This document shows positions 1 to 9,435 of a stretch of DNA of 32,049 nucleotides, in pieces (position 1 is the first letter of the stretch; each line of letters begins with the position of its first letter). Position numbers and translations under genes: made by a program. Source of the stretch: Limisphaerales bacterium (lineage in GTDB: Bacteria; Verrucomicrobiota; Verrucomicrobiia; Limisphaerales; JAJOIW01); NCBI GenBank assembly GCA_965657355.1, contig CBFHOE010000003.1, forward strand, positions 245,520 through 277,568, written 5' to 3'. Below the pieces are notes generated by a model, which saw nothing but the letters and a program-made list of their open reading frames with translations, made no database searches and was not told where the DNA came from.

Positions 1-13
1 GTTAACCTGTAAA

Positions 14-1309
14 ATGAAAAAATACTCCCCTGCTATTTTTGTGTTATTATACATTCTGACTGCGATTGGTGTTTACCAAATCGGCCTAAAAAATGGTCAA
101 AAAACTCGTTCTAAAGGGGATGCTGTTGCTCAATCATCGAATCAAAACCGAGCAAATACCACCGACAGTAAAGGAGATGAAATTGGGGCTGGTCGTTCGC
201 AGCTTCCGCCAGGTTTAGCACCTGCAACCTCCCTTGACCTCATCAAAGCACAATCGGACCTCTCGGCCGATCTTATTGAATCTTTCTCCGGTCTCAACTT
301 GAACGACATTTTATCGACTTCAGATCCCGTCGACCGACTCTTCAAATTGACGGGGTATCTCAAAAATATGGATGAATCCAATGTGGATACCGTCATTGAT
401 GCATTTGAGAAATCAGAAGCTGGTTATCGAGATTGGGAACTCATGATGAATACCTGGTCCAACTTTGACCCGAAATCTGCGATGACCTACCTGGCCGAGG
501 GAGAATCTTTATCATCCAAAGAAAAAGGGGGATTAGCGCATTCGGTCGTCAAAAACTGGGCTAAATCGGACCCAATGCGAGCACTAGAATTCGTTCAATC
601 CAACGAAATCGGCTACACTAGTTCTGGAAAGTTGTCGTATACAGCTCTGGCGACCGCCATGAAGACAGATCTCAATACTGCTATTCAAATGACCTCCCTT
701 ATACAGGACGAAAAAACGAGAAACTACTCCACTGCCGCCATTGCCAATGAGTATTACGAAGTTGATCCTGTTGGAGCGAAATTTTGGGCAGAATCAATTG
801 AAGACCCCGGAATGAAAAGGGGCGCACTAGAAAAGATAACTAGAGAAATGTCAAATTCCGATCCATATGGAGCTCTCGAATATGCTATGGATCAGTTTGG
901 TGAAAATATTCCATTTTCAGCTGCTCTTTCCCTCTCCAAAAATCTTTCGAAGGAAGATCCTGCTTTTGCTCTCGAATATGCTTCCGGGATTGAGAATGAT
1001 AAAACCCGACAATACGCTATGGCCCAAGCCGTTGGTGAATGGGCAAAGGACGATCCGGTGGGCGTGGCTGAATTTCTCAATAACCAGCCTTCATCTGCCG
1101 AATGGGACGCACCAGTAGCTGCATTCGCAAGAAATGCTTTTGACCAAGACCCTTCTCAAGCCATGGAATGGGCACAGTCGATCTCTAATAATAGACTGCG
1201 GTCCTCCACAATTGGAAGCCTTTATAGAGACTGGTCGCGAAAAGATCGGGACGCAGCTCAGGCATGGGCGAGAACTCAAAAAGATAATCGACCCAAATCA
1301 GGCAAGTAA
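14..1309 (+). CDS. Membrane-anchored alpha-helical repeat protein (W-x2-x-DP-x2-A repeats typical of Verrucomicrobia), function unknown
   Basis: 431-aa ORF; N-terminal hydrophobic segment (AIFVLLYILTAIGVY); recurring motifs WSNFDPKSAMTY, WAKSDPMRALEF, WAKDDPVGVAEF, FDQDPSQAMEWA, WSRKDRDAAQAW. Confidence 0.7.
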   Translation: MKKYSPAIFVLLYILTAIGVYQIGLKNGQKTRSKGDAVAQSSNQNRANTTDSKGDEIGAGRSQLPPGLAPATSLDLIKAQSDLSADLIESFSGLNLNDILSTSDPVDRLFKLTGYLKNMDESNVDTVIDAFEKSEAGYRDWELMMNTWSNFDPKSAMTYLAEGESLSSKEKGGLAHSVVKNWAKSDPMRALEFVQSNEIGYTSSGKLSYTALATAMKTDLNTAIQMTSLIQDEKTRNYSTAAIANEYYEVDPVGAKFWAESIEDPGMKRGALEKITREMSNSDPYGALEYAMDQFGENIPFSAALSLSKNLSKEDPAFALEYASGIENDKTRQYAMAQAVGEWAKDDPVGVAEFLNNQPSSAEWDAPVAAFARNAFDQDPSQAMEWAQSISNNRLRSSTIGSLYRDWSRKDRDAAQAWARTQKDNRPKSGK

Positions 1310-1340
1310 AATTTCAGATGTGAATTTCCTAAGCTTTATT

Positions 1341-2915
1341 TCAGTCTGGCGACATCATAAATTGGAAGGCTGCAGGAACTTTTATTTTTTCAACGACATC
1401 CTCTATGGTCCAGTGCATTGCGTCAGACTGTAAGGTATCCGCCGCAGCTCCATGGTGCCAAATTGCTCTTAAGACCATTATTTTTTGTTCATTAAGAATT
1501 TCATTTTGATCCCAACCTTTATAGGGATGAGCAAGATTGCCCGCTATCATACCCGAAAGCACGTCTCCTGCACCCCCCTGTGCTAAGCTAGGATTACCTG
1601 TGGGGTTTAAAAAATGAGTGCCATCTATATATGTTTGTGTGAGGTATCCTTTCAAAACAGTGACACAGCCTCCATAAGTTTCAGAAAGTTTTTTAGCAGC
1701 GGCAAATCTATCAACTTGAGGATCAATGTTTTCGATATGCGCTTTTGCGAGCATCCTCTTTGCCTCCCCAGCATGGGGCGTTATGACTCTTAGGCTATTT
1801 GTCGAGACTTTACCCACCGGTAACCAGTCTAATGCAGTAGCATCGACAATGAGTGGTTTTTCGGAATGTTTCCAAAGATCTTGTAAAACTGGATAAACAT
1901 AATTTCTCGCCTCCGAAGTAGCTAGGCCAGGGCCAATGAGTATCGAAGTGGCTTTATCCATTAATTCTTCCAATGACTGATTAGAGAATTTATGAACCAT
2001 TGGACCAAGAAGGTTGGATGCCACTGGAATAAAAGCGTCGCCAATCGTTAAGACAGAAATAAGTCCTGGCTGGCGCGATTGAGCTGCTTTGGCAGCCAAT
2101 ATTGCAGCTCCATGGTATCCGGGGCTCCCTGCTATCTCAACCATGTGTCCATAATCACCCTTATGCCCTTCGACCTCTCGGATGACTTCTCCTGAGACAT
2201 CGGTAATTCCCTTGTTCCAAACCCACTGAATATCTGCATCCATGGTTCGCAGCGAAGGATTTAAAGGCAATTCAGGGTGAAGTCCTACATCATGTGCTAA
2301 TAGCAAACGCCCTGTATGCGGCGCCGCAACTGGCAGGACGAGGCCAGTTTTAGGAGCGCCTACAGTCATTGTCCATGTCGCCTTAATTGCTGTTGAGACC
2401 ACCTGACCTGTGTCACAATCGATCCCGGATGGACAATCAATACTCAAAATCGGGTTAAGCAAGTTCAAGAAGTCGACAAGCTTCTGCCAATGCCCTTCTA
2501 AACCGCCTCTTAATCCAATACCAAAAAGACCATCCACGACGAGGTCCGGTATCCACGAAGCTTCCTCAAGGGCTATGTCGGGTGATTCCTCATACTGAGA
2601 AAGTGTTTGAATTGGCACTGCAAGAGATTCTAAAACATCCGTCAGGGCATTTTGAGGATCGTCTATTTTGACACCTTTTATTTCGAAGTCTTTTGTTGGT
2701 AGAAATTGTTGAGCGGCCTTGACATCTGCACCATTATTGCCTTTGCCGATAATCATTAAAATGCGACTGCCTGGATCTATATTTCTCACTATCCATTCGG
2801 CGATTGCCTTGCCTACTAGCCTAATGACATGTTCTTCATTGATACCAATTTCCCATGAAGCCTTTTCCCAAAGCTGCATTTCTTTTACTGATATCACGGG
2901 GCACGAAATACTCAT
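1341..2915 (-). CDS. nnr: Bifunctional NAD(P)H-hydrate epimerase/dehydratase (YjeF N+C)
   Basis: Epimerase motifs GKGNNGAD, VDGLFGIGL, IDCPSG; dehydratase motifs HKGDYG, GPGL, TPHAGE, VLKG, GNPSLAQGGAGDVLSG. Confidence 0.93.
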   Translation of the reverse strand: MSISCPVISVKEMQLWEKASWEIGINEEHVIRLVGKAIAEWIVRNIDPGSRILMIIGKGNNGADVKAAQQFLPTKDFEIKGVKIDDPQNALTDVLESLAVPIQTLSQYEESPDIALEEASWIPDLVVDGLFGIGLRGGLEGHWQKLVDFLNLLNPILSIDCPSGIDCDTGQVVSTAIKATWTMTVGAPKTGLVLPVAAPHTGRLLLAHDVGLHPELPLNPSLRTMDADIQWVWNKGITDVSGEVIREVEGHKGDYGHMVEIAGSPGYHGAAILAAKAAQSRQPGLISVLTIGDAFIPVASNLLGPMVHKFSNQSLEELMDKATSILIGPGLATSEARNYVYPVLQDLWKHSEKPLIVDATALDWLPVGKVSTNSLRVITPHAGEAKRMLAKAHIENIDPQVDRFAAAKKLSETYGGCVTVLKGYLTQTYIDGTHFLNPTGNPSLAQGGAGDVLSGMIAGNLAHPYKGWDQNEILNEQKIMVLRAIWHHGAAADTLQSDAMHWTIEDVVEKIKVPAAFQFMMSPD

Positions 2916-2978
2916 TGAACCACCATATATTTACTAGCCATTCATGTAAACTCACCTGACTAACACAATTTTATTGCA

Positions 2979-4268
2979 TTGAACCTGGTTATGGTTTCTC
3001 GTGAAAGAACATTGGATAATGAAATTTGTCAGTCTGAGCTTTTGAGTCCTGGTCAGTCATGGCTCGATTTCTCTCCTCCAGACCGCTCTGTAGAGTGCGT
3101 TTACATTCATGTTCCTTTTTGCGCCGTCAAATGTCATTACTGTGCTTTTTACTCAAAGGAACCTGACAAAAAGAAAATCGAGCTTTATGTGGATGCGATA
3201 GTCAGAGAAATTCAGAATGCTTCTCATTCTGCTAAGCCACGAACAATTTTTTTTGGTGGAGGAACGCCGTCTATTCTACCTGTGAAGCATCTAACTAAAA
3301 TCTTCAGTGCTATCCAATCAGCAAAATGGACAGAAGTAGAGGAATGGACAGTCGAATGTAATCCCGCAACGCTCAACAAGGACAAGGTTGAGGTCTTCAA
3401 AAATTTTGGCGTTAATAGAGTATCTCTGGGTGTGCAATCCATGGAGCCAATTTTATTGGAAAAGCTTGGCCGTATTCACACGGTTGATATGGTTTTGAAG
3501 ACTTTTGACCTCCTTCGCAGCTCTGGTTTTGAAAATATCAACCTAGATTTGATGTTTGCCATCCCGGGGCAAACCCTCGAAATGTGGGACCAGACGCTCG
3601 AGCGAATCCTCTCTCTTGGTTCTGAACATATGTCTTGTTATGAACTCATATACGAAGAAGATACCCCACTATTTAAGTCTCTGCAGGCGGGCGAGATTAA
3701 GCCTAATGAAGAACTTGCAGAGCAGATGTATCTCAATCTTATCGAGAAATTAAGAGCTAATGAGTTCTACCAATATGAGGTAGCCAACTTTGCACGTGAT
3801 GAATCACGGCCGTCCAATAATAATATATCTTTTGACGAATCAAACCCTCCAATTGCTTTTCCTAAATATGCCTGTCAGCATAATTTGAACTATTGGTTAG
3901 GTGGTTCTTATCTGGGTTTAGGGCCATCGGCAAATGGTTTTATAAACGGATTCCGTTATCAAAATGTAGCGAATACCTCCCGTTATTGTGAAATGATCGA
4001 TTTCCAGGGGGAGGCGTTGGAGTGGAAAGAAAAATTGTCTGATTCAGCCAGAGCAGGCGAAATAGCTGCCTTTGGCTTTAGGACAAGTTATGGTTGGGAC
4101 TTAGATAAGTATTATTCATTAACAGGGATTAGGCTTGAAGACAACTGGGGCAGTTCGATAAAAAAGTTTATTCATTGTGGTTGGATGGAGTCATCCCCGG
4201 GGCGAATTCGTCTTACCCCTCAAGGACTTCGATTTGCTGATAGCGTAGCACTCGATTTTATCGACTAA
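2979..4268 (+). CDS. hemW: Radical SAM heme chaperone HemW (start may be the ATG at 2991)
   Basis: YIHVPFCAVKCHYCAF (CxxxCxxC), FFGGGTPS, RVSLGVQS, NLDLMF, YEVANFA and the HemW-diagnostic HNLNYW. Confidence 0.9.
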   Translation: MNLVMVSRERTLDNEICQSELLSPGQSWLDFSPPDRSVECVYIHVPFCAVKCHYCAFYSKEPDKKKIELYVDAIVREIQNASHSAKPRTIFFGGGTPSILPVKHLTKIFSAIQSAKWTEVEEWTVECNPATLNKDKVEVFKNFGVNRVSLGVQSMEPILLEKLGRIHTVDMVLKTFDLLRSSGFENINLDLMFAIPGQTLEMWDQTLERILSLGSEHMSCYELIYEEDTPLFKSLQAGEIKPNEELAEQMYLNLIEKLRANEFYQYEVANFARDESRPSNNNISFDESNPPIAFPKYACQHNLNYWLGGSYLGLGPSANGFINGFRYQNVANTSRYCEMIDFQGEALEWKEKLSDSARAGEIAAFGFRTSYGWDLDKYYSLTGIRLEDNWGSSIKKFIHCGWMESSPGRIRLTPQGLRFADSVALDFID

Positions 4269-4305
4269 AATTTTTGGATCTCATTTTATTTTAAATAAAA
4301 TCTCT

Positions 4306-5391
4306 ATGAAAAATTTAAAATCGCTCGTCAGGAACTTAGCCAAGAAAATCATGTCACAGCCAGCTGTGGCTTACCATGAACAGTACGTTAATGCCGCCGT
4401 GGTCGACATTTGTCGGGAATATGGTTTGGATTACAAGCACGATCAATTCGGTAATATCCATGTTAATGTCAGCAATGGCCGAAAAGGTAAGCCCGTATAT
4501 TATGTGGCTCACATGGACCACCCAGGATTTGAAGTAGTCTCTGGCTCTCGGACTAAAGAAAATCTTAAAGTGAGATTTTTGGGTGGTGTTCCCAAAAGCT
4601 ATTTTAAGAAAGGTAGTAAACTTAAATTTTATCCAGGGGAAATTCCAGGGACCCTCATATCCGAACTTAAAGGGAATAAAGTATATTCAGTAAAACTCAG
4701 CAATGCATACAAGACTCGGCCTGAATTTGGGGTCTGGGATATTCCTGCTTTCGACAATTGCGGGGACCAAATTTCCGGAAGAGCATGCGATGATCTCATG
4801 GGGTTAACGGCACTAATGGCAGGGCTTATTTCTTTCAAAAATTCCGGTCAAAAAGGCAGGGTGCTTGGATTGGTCACCAGAGCTGAAGAAGTGGGTTTTC
4901 ACGGTGCCCTAGCTGCTGCAGCTGCCAAGACAATCCCATCAAACGGTCTGTATGTCAGTTTGGAAAACAGTAAGGAATTACCACCCGTGAAGATGGGCAA
5001 AGGAGTCGTGATAAGGTCAGGGGATCGATTGAGCCAATTTGACAGCAATGGAGTCTATTTTCTTTCTCGCGTTGCTGAAGACCTAGGTAAGAAATCCACA
5101 TCATTTAAATTTCAAAAAGCCCTTATGCCAGGAGGGGCCTGCGAGGCGACTGGTTTCCAACACCATGGCTACCGTGTGGCTGCGATGTGCATTCCATTGG
5201 GAAACTATCATAACTGTGGCCTTAAAAATAAAATCGTCCAAGAATATGTTTCCCTTAGTGATACGGTAAGCATGGCTCAGTTAATCACTGAATCCGCCTC
5301 TCGATTTGCTGAATATGAATTATTTTCCAGGCAGGCATCGGATCGGCTGAATAAACTTACCCATGAGGCTCTTGAGAAATTATCCAAATGA
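4306..5391 (+). CDS. M20/M25/M40/M42-type dimetal hydrolase (peptidase-like)
   Basis: Metal-ligand pattern AHMDH...ACDD...RAEEVG...SLE...YH, plus DQFGNI near the N-terminus. Confidence 0.8.
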   Translation: MKNLKSLVRNLAKKIMSQPAVAYHEQYVNAAVVDICREYGLDYKHDQFGNIHVNVSNGRKGKPVYYVAHMDHPGFEVVSGSRTKENLKVRFLGGVPKSYFKKGSKLKFYPGEIPGTLISELKGNKVYSVKLSNAYKTRPEFGVWDIPAFDNCGDQISGRACDDLMGLTALMAGLISFKNSGQKGRVLGLVTRAEEVGFHGALAAAAAKTIPSNGLYVSLENSKELPPVKMGKGVVIRSGDRLSQFDSNGVYFLSRVAEDLGKKSTSFKFQKALMPGGACEATGFQHHGYRVAAMCIPLGNYHNCGLKNKIVQEYVSLSDTVSMAQLITESASRFAEYELFSRQASDRLNKLTHEALEKLSK

Positions 5392-5496
5392 GCGCTTATT
5401 AAATGATTATTTGTGAGCACTAAATGGAGTTGGGAAATAACTGGTTATATTAAACTTATCGCCAAATAAGCTCATTTTTGCTAATTACATGATCCT

Positions 5497-7365
5497 ATGT
5501 TAACCAAAAATCTCTTATGCGTTTTTGTTTTGATGCTTGGCATCTACACTTCCGGGGGTCAAGACAAACCCAACATTTTGTGGATTACGAGCGAGGACAA
5601 TGGCCCACATATTGGGGCATTTGGTGATACTTATGCCACAACCCCGAACATCGACAAATTGGCATCTCAGGGCCTCTCATACGTCAATTGCTGGTCAACC
5701 GCTCCAGTATGCGCCCCAGCAAGAACGACAATAATATCTGGAGTTTATCCGACAAGCACAGGGGCCGAGCACATGAGGAGCCAGGCCCAGCTGCCAGCAT
5801 TCATGAAAATGTATCCACAATATCTAAAACAAAAAGGATACTACTGTACTAACAATAGCAAGGAGGATTATAACCTCACCAAACCTGGAAAAGTTTGGGA
5901 TGAATCCTCCAGAAAGGGACACTGGAAGAATAGAAAGCCAGGCCAACCATTCTTTGCTATTTTCAATCACACCGTCAGTCACGAAAGTCAGCTTAGGAAA
6001 AGACCACACAAGGCTGTTCACGATCCAAAAAAGGTTCGCATTCCTGCTTACCATCCAGATACTCCAGAAGTCAGGCAAGATTGGGCTCAGTATTACGACA
6101 AGATAACCGAAATGGATACAAAAGTTGGGCGAAATCTATCAGAGCTTGAGGAAGCTGGTTTAGCTGAAGATACAATTATCTTTTATTACGGGGACCATGG
6201 TTCGGGTATGCCACGCAATAAGAGGTGGCCATACAACAGTGGTCTTAATGTGCCCCTTGTCGTTTATATTCCCCAAAAATTTTCTCATTTGGCGCCCACC
6301 GGTTATGCGCCGGGAGCGAAGTCGGATCGTCTTGTTGGTTTTATCGATCTTGCTCCCACTCTTTTAAGCTTGGTGGGGATAAAACCGCCTTCATATATGC
6401 AGGGTTTTGCTTTTATGGGGCACTATGAAGAATTGGAAAGAAACTACAACCATGGATTTAGAGGCAGAATGGACGAAAGGTATGACTTGCTCAGGACGAC
6501 CAGGGATAAAAGATTCGTTTATGTGAGAAATTACATGCCTCACAGAATTTACGGCCAACACATTCAATACATGTTTCAAACACCAACAACTCGGGTATGG
6601 AAGCGCATGTTTGACGAAGGTAAACTCAATAGTGCACAAAGTAAATTCTGGTTACAGAAACCTACTGAGGAATTATATGATCTCACAATTGATCCGGACG
6701 AAGTAAATAACCTGGCTTCTAATCCCGACTACAATGATGTTGTTCAAAGATTCCGATCAGCCCAGCAACACCACTTTCAGAGAATTCGAGACATCGGCTT
6801 TTTACCAGAATCGGAAATACACCACAGAGGAGCAGGACACGAAAAATCCCCATATGAGATGGGGCACAATAAGGAGCTGTACCCAATGGAAGAAATTATC
6901 GCCATGGCTGGTGCGGCAACTACAAGAGAGATGAAGAGCCCCGAACAATTTATAAAAGCTTTAAATCATGAGGACTCCGCGATTAGATACTGGGCAGCCA
7001 TGGGGCTGTTGATCAGGGAGGAAAAAGGAGTTTTGCCAGCTACTGCTCAATTGGAACAAGCGATGCGTGAAGATGACTCTTGGAGCGTGCGAGTCATTGC
7101 TGCTGAAGCCCTATCCAACCACGGGCGTAAGGCTATACTACCTGATTGTCTCGAAACCCTTGTTCAAGCTGCCGATTACAGAAATACTGATGTTTATGTC
7201 GCTACATTGGCTCTGAACGTAATTGACAAACTTGATGAAAAAGCCCGGCCTATACTCGATAAGGTTAAGAACATTCCGACCAATGTGAAGGGTTACCCCG
7301 CCCGGGCGAGCTCATATGTTAATCGGCTTGTCTTAACAACATTGGAGGATTTAAAAAATAAGTAA
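5497..7365 (+). CDS. Secreted formylglycine-dependent (S1) sulfatase with C-terminal HEAT-like repeats
   Basis: Signal-like N-terminus; PNILWITSED; CAPAR (CxPxR) motif; GDHG; ELYDL..DPDEVNNLA; C-terminal DSAIRYWAAMGL and SVRVIAAEAL helical repeats. Confidence 0.92.
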   Translation: MLTKNLLCVFVLMLGIYTSGGQDKPNILWITSEDNGPHIGAFGDTYATTPNIDKLASQGLSYVNCWSTAPVCAPARTTIISGVYPTSTGAEHMRSQAQLPAFMKMYPQYLKQKGYYCTNNSKEDYNLTKPGKVWDESSRKGHWKNRKPGQPFFAIFNHTVSHESQLRKRPHKAVHDPKKVRIPAYHPDTPEVRQDWAQYYDKITEMDTKVGRNLSELEEAGLAEDTIIFYYGDHGSGMPRNKRWPYNSGLNVPLVVYIPQKFSHLAPTGYAPGAKSDRLVGFIDLAPTLLSLVGIKPPSYMQGFAFMGHYEELERNYNHGFRGRMDERYDLLRTTRDKRFVYVRNYMPHRIYGQHIQYMFQTPTTRVWKRMFDEGKLNSAQSKFWLQKPTEELYDLTIDPDEVNNLASNPDYNDVVQRFRSAQQHHFQRIRDIGFLPESEIHHRGAGHEKSPYEMGHNKELYPMEEIIAMAGAATTREMKSPEQFIKALNHEDSAIRYWAAMGLLIREEKGVLPATAQLEQAMREDDSWSVRVIAAEALSNHGRKAILPDCLETLVQAADYRNTDVYVATLALNVIDKLDEKARPILDKVKNIPTNVKGYPARASSYVNRLVLTTLEDLKNK

Positions 7366-7400
7366 ATCACGTTCTATTCGTATTTAACATAGAGCAATTT

Positions 7401-8069
7401 TTGAAGATCTCTGTATTAAATCTAGTATTCCAATACTCTCGCGATTTGGACGGATTCCGCCTCGAGATACCTGAGCTGGTTATCGAGAGCGGTCAACAAG
7501 TTGCTATCATTGGTCCCAGTGGTTCTGGTAAAAGTACTCTTCTAAAACTTGTCTCTGGGATATTGCTTGCACATTCCGGCTCAGTCTCACTCGATAATCA
7601 TAAAATAGGTGATTGGTCGGATTCGTTACGTCGTTCATTTCGTCTGAAAAATATTGGATTTATCTTTCAAGAATTCGAGTTAATACCTTATCTGGATGTC
7701 AGGGGAAATTTTCTGATGCCTATCCGCTTAGATGGTTCACGACAAATAGACAAGGCTCTTATGCATGAGTCTGAAATTTTGGCTGAGTCACTTGGCTTAA
7801 GCCAGTATCTGACTCATTCGGTGGATAATCTGTCTCAAGGCGAGAAACAAAGAGTTGCAATAGGAAGAGCCCTAATAAACAAACCCTCTCTCATTTTGGC
7901 AGATGAGCCTACAGGTAATCTTGATCCCAAGCGCAAAGCTGAAATAGTTGAATTGCTTAAACAGCAAGCGAACCGAGATGGCGCTACTCTGGTCATGGTA
8001 ACCCATGATCACGGATTGCTTAATCGTTGGGATAAGGTGATTGATTTCAATCAGTTTGTTTCGATTTGA
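7401..8069 (+). CDS. ABC transporter ATP-binding protein (LolD/MacB-like)
   Basis: Walker A GPSGSGKST, IGFIFQ Q-loop, LSQGEKQRVAIGRAL signature, LADEPTGNLD, VTHD. Confidence 0.93.
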   Translation: MKISVLNLVFQYSRDLDGFRLEIPELVIESGQQVAIIGPSGSGKSTLLKLVSGILLAHSGSVSLDNHKIGDWSDSLRRSFRLKNIGFIFQEFELIPYLDVRGNFLMPIRLDGSRQIDKALMHESEILAESLGLSQYLTHSVDNLSQGEKQRVAIGRALINKPSLILADEPTGNLDPKRKAEIVELLKQQANRDGATLVMVTHDHGLLNRWDKVIDFNQFVSI

Positions 8070-9265
8070 GTATGAATTTGGCTTCTTCATTATATCTTGC
8101 ACAAGCATACATCCGAAAGCACGTTTGGAAATCAGTCCTGGTTGTTCTCAGCCTTGTTATGACGATCTCCATTCCGGGCGGCGTTCAAATCATAGTCACG
8201 GAATTTGATAAACACATGAATGAAAGGGCCCAGTCCACTCCATTCATCATTGGTAAAAAAGGAAGTCAATTGGATCTTGTTTTGCATGGATTGTATTTTT
8301 CTAGTGATGCTCCTGGCACTATTACTATGCAGGATGTTGAAGATATACGAACTGAAAATTTGGCTGATGTTTATCCCATTACCAACCTTCGTAAAGCACA
8401 GAAGATCCGGGTCGTGGGGGTAGACTTAGAATACCTTTCATTCCGAAACCTTGACTTAAAAGAAGGGCGTAAATTCGCCATGTTTGGAGAGGCTGTTATT
8501 GGGTCGGAAGTCGCAAAAAACCTTGATCTAAAACCAGGATCCCACTTGATCACTGATGCTGAGAATGTCTTTAATATTGCAGCTGCGTATCCACTTAAAT
8601 TAAATATAGTCGGTGTTAATTACTGGACTGGTACTCCTGATGATTTGGTTGTTTTCGTGAGTCTGGAGACGTCATGGATCATTGAGGGTGTTGGCCACGG
8701 TCATGAGGAAATACAAAAAAATTCTCCGAAAAACTTAAATAATGGTAATCCAGACAGTGAGGTCATTTCAGCGAGTGCAGCTGTTTTGCCGTATACTGAA
8801 ATTTCGAAGGAAAATGCCGGGTCAGTTCACTTTCACGGAGATTCATCAGATTTTCCTGTCACGGCTGCTTTGGTTTTGCCTTATGATCAAAAATCCTCTT
8901 CCATTCTCCAAGGCCGGTTTCTTTCCAGCCAGGACAATGTACAACTTGTTTCTCCCTCAGCTGAGATTAATGAACTGCTCTCGGTTGTTTTTCAGGTCAA
9001 ATCTTTTTTTCAAGCTCAGATGTGGTTGGTCACCTTGACTACTATACTCCTCATAGGATTAGTCATTTCATTATCTCTTAAATTAAGGGAGCGGGAAATG
9101 CGCACCTACTTTGTCATGGGGTGCAGTCGGTGGAGCCAAGCTCAACTGTTAACTACTGAAATTTTCTTATACCTCCTCACCTCTGCTTTTTTGAGCTATC
9201 TATTACTCGGAATACTTTCTCTAAACTCAGGATATTTTGTAGACACTATATTAGCATCTTCCTGA
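8066..9265 (+). CDS. ABC transporter permease, FtsX/MacB-like with large periplasmic domain
   Basis: Overlaps/abuts the ATPase stop (ATG alternative at 8072); one N-terminal TM, EAVIGSEVA periplasmic motif, C-terminal TMs with REREM..YFVMGCS. Confidence 0.85.
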   Translation: MSMNLASSLYLAQAYIRKHVWKSVLVVLSLVMTISIPGGVQIIVTEFDKHMNERAQSTPFIIGKKGSQLDLVLHGLYFSSDAPGTITMQDVEDIRTENLADVYPITNLRKAQKIRVVGVDLEYLSFRNLDLKEGRKFAMFGEAVIGSEVAKNLDLKPGSHLITDAENVFNIAAAYPLKLNIVGVNYWTGTPDDLVVFVSLETSWIIEGVGHGHEEIQKNSPKNLNNGNPDSEVISASAAVLPYTEISKENAGSVHFHGDSSDFPVTAALVLPYDQKSSSILQGRFLSSQDNVQLVSPSAEINELLSVVFQVKSFFQAQMWLVTLTTILLIGLVISLSLKLREREMRTYFVMGCSRWSQAQLLTTEIFLYLLTSAFLSYLLLGILSLNSGYFVDTILASS

Positions 9266-9435
9266 TAGGTATTCATCTCTTTGAATTAAGTTTCATACGA
9301 TGATTTCTATTATTGTCAGTTTGATTATTATCAGGCTGCACTCATCATTTTTGAGACAAGGGCTATTATAGCTGTTCGGACTGTTGCTTATTTTCTCCCA
9401 CTGAAATATGTTACCACCAGTTTCGTTGTTCATTT

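Noticed and set aside
5386-5477. Imperfect inverted repeat AAATGAGC(GC)TTATT / AATAAGCTCATTT around the hydrolase-sulfatase spacer
   Set aside because: Short, AT-rich and gapped, with no target-site duplication or second copy; could be chance.
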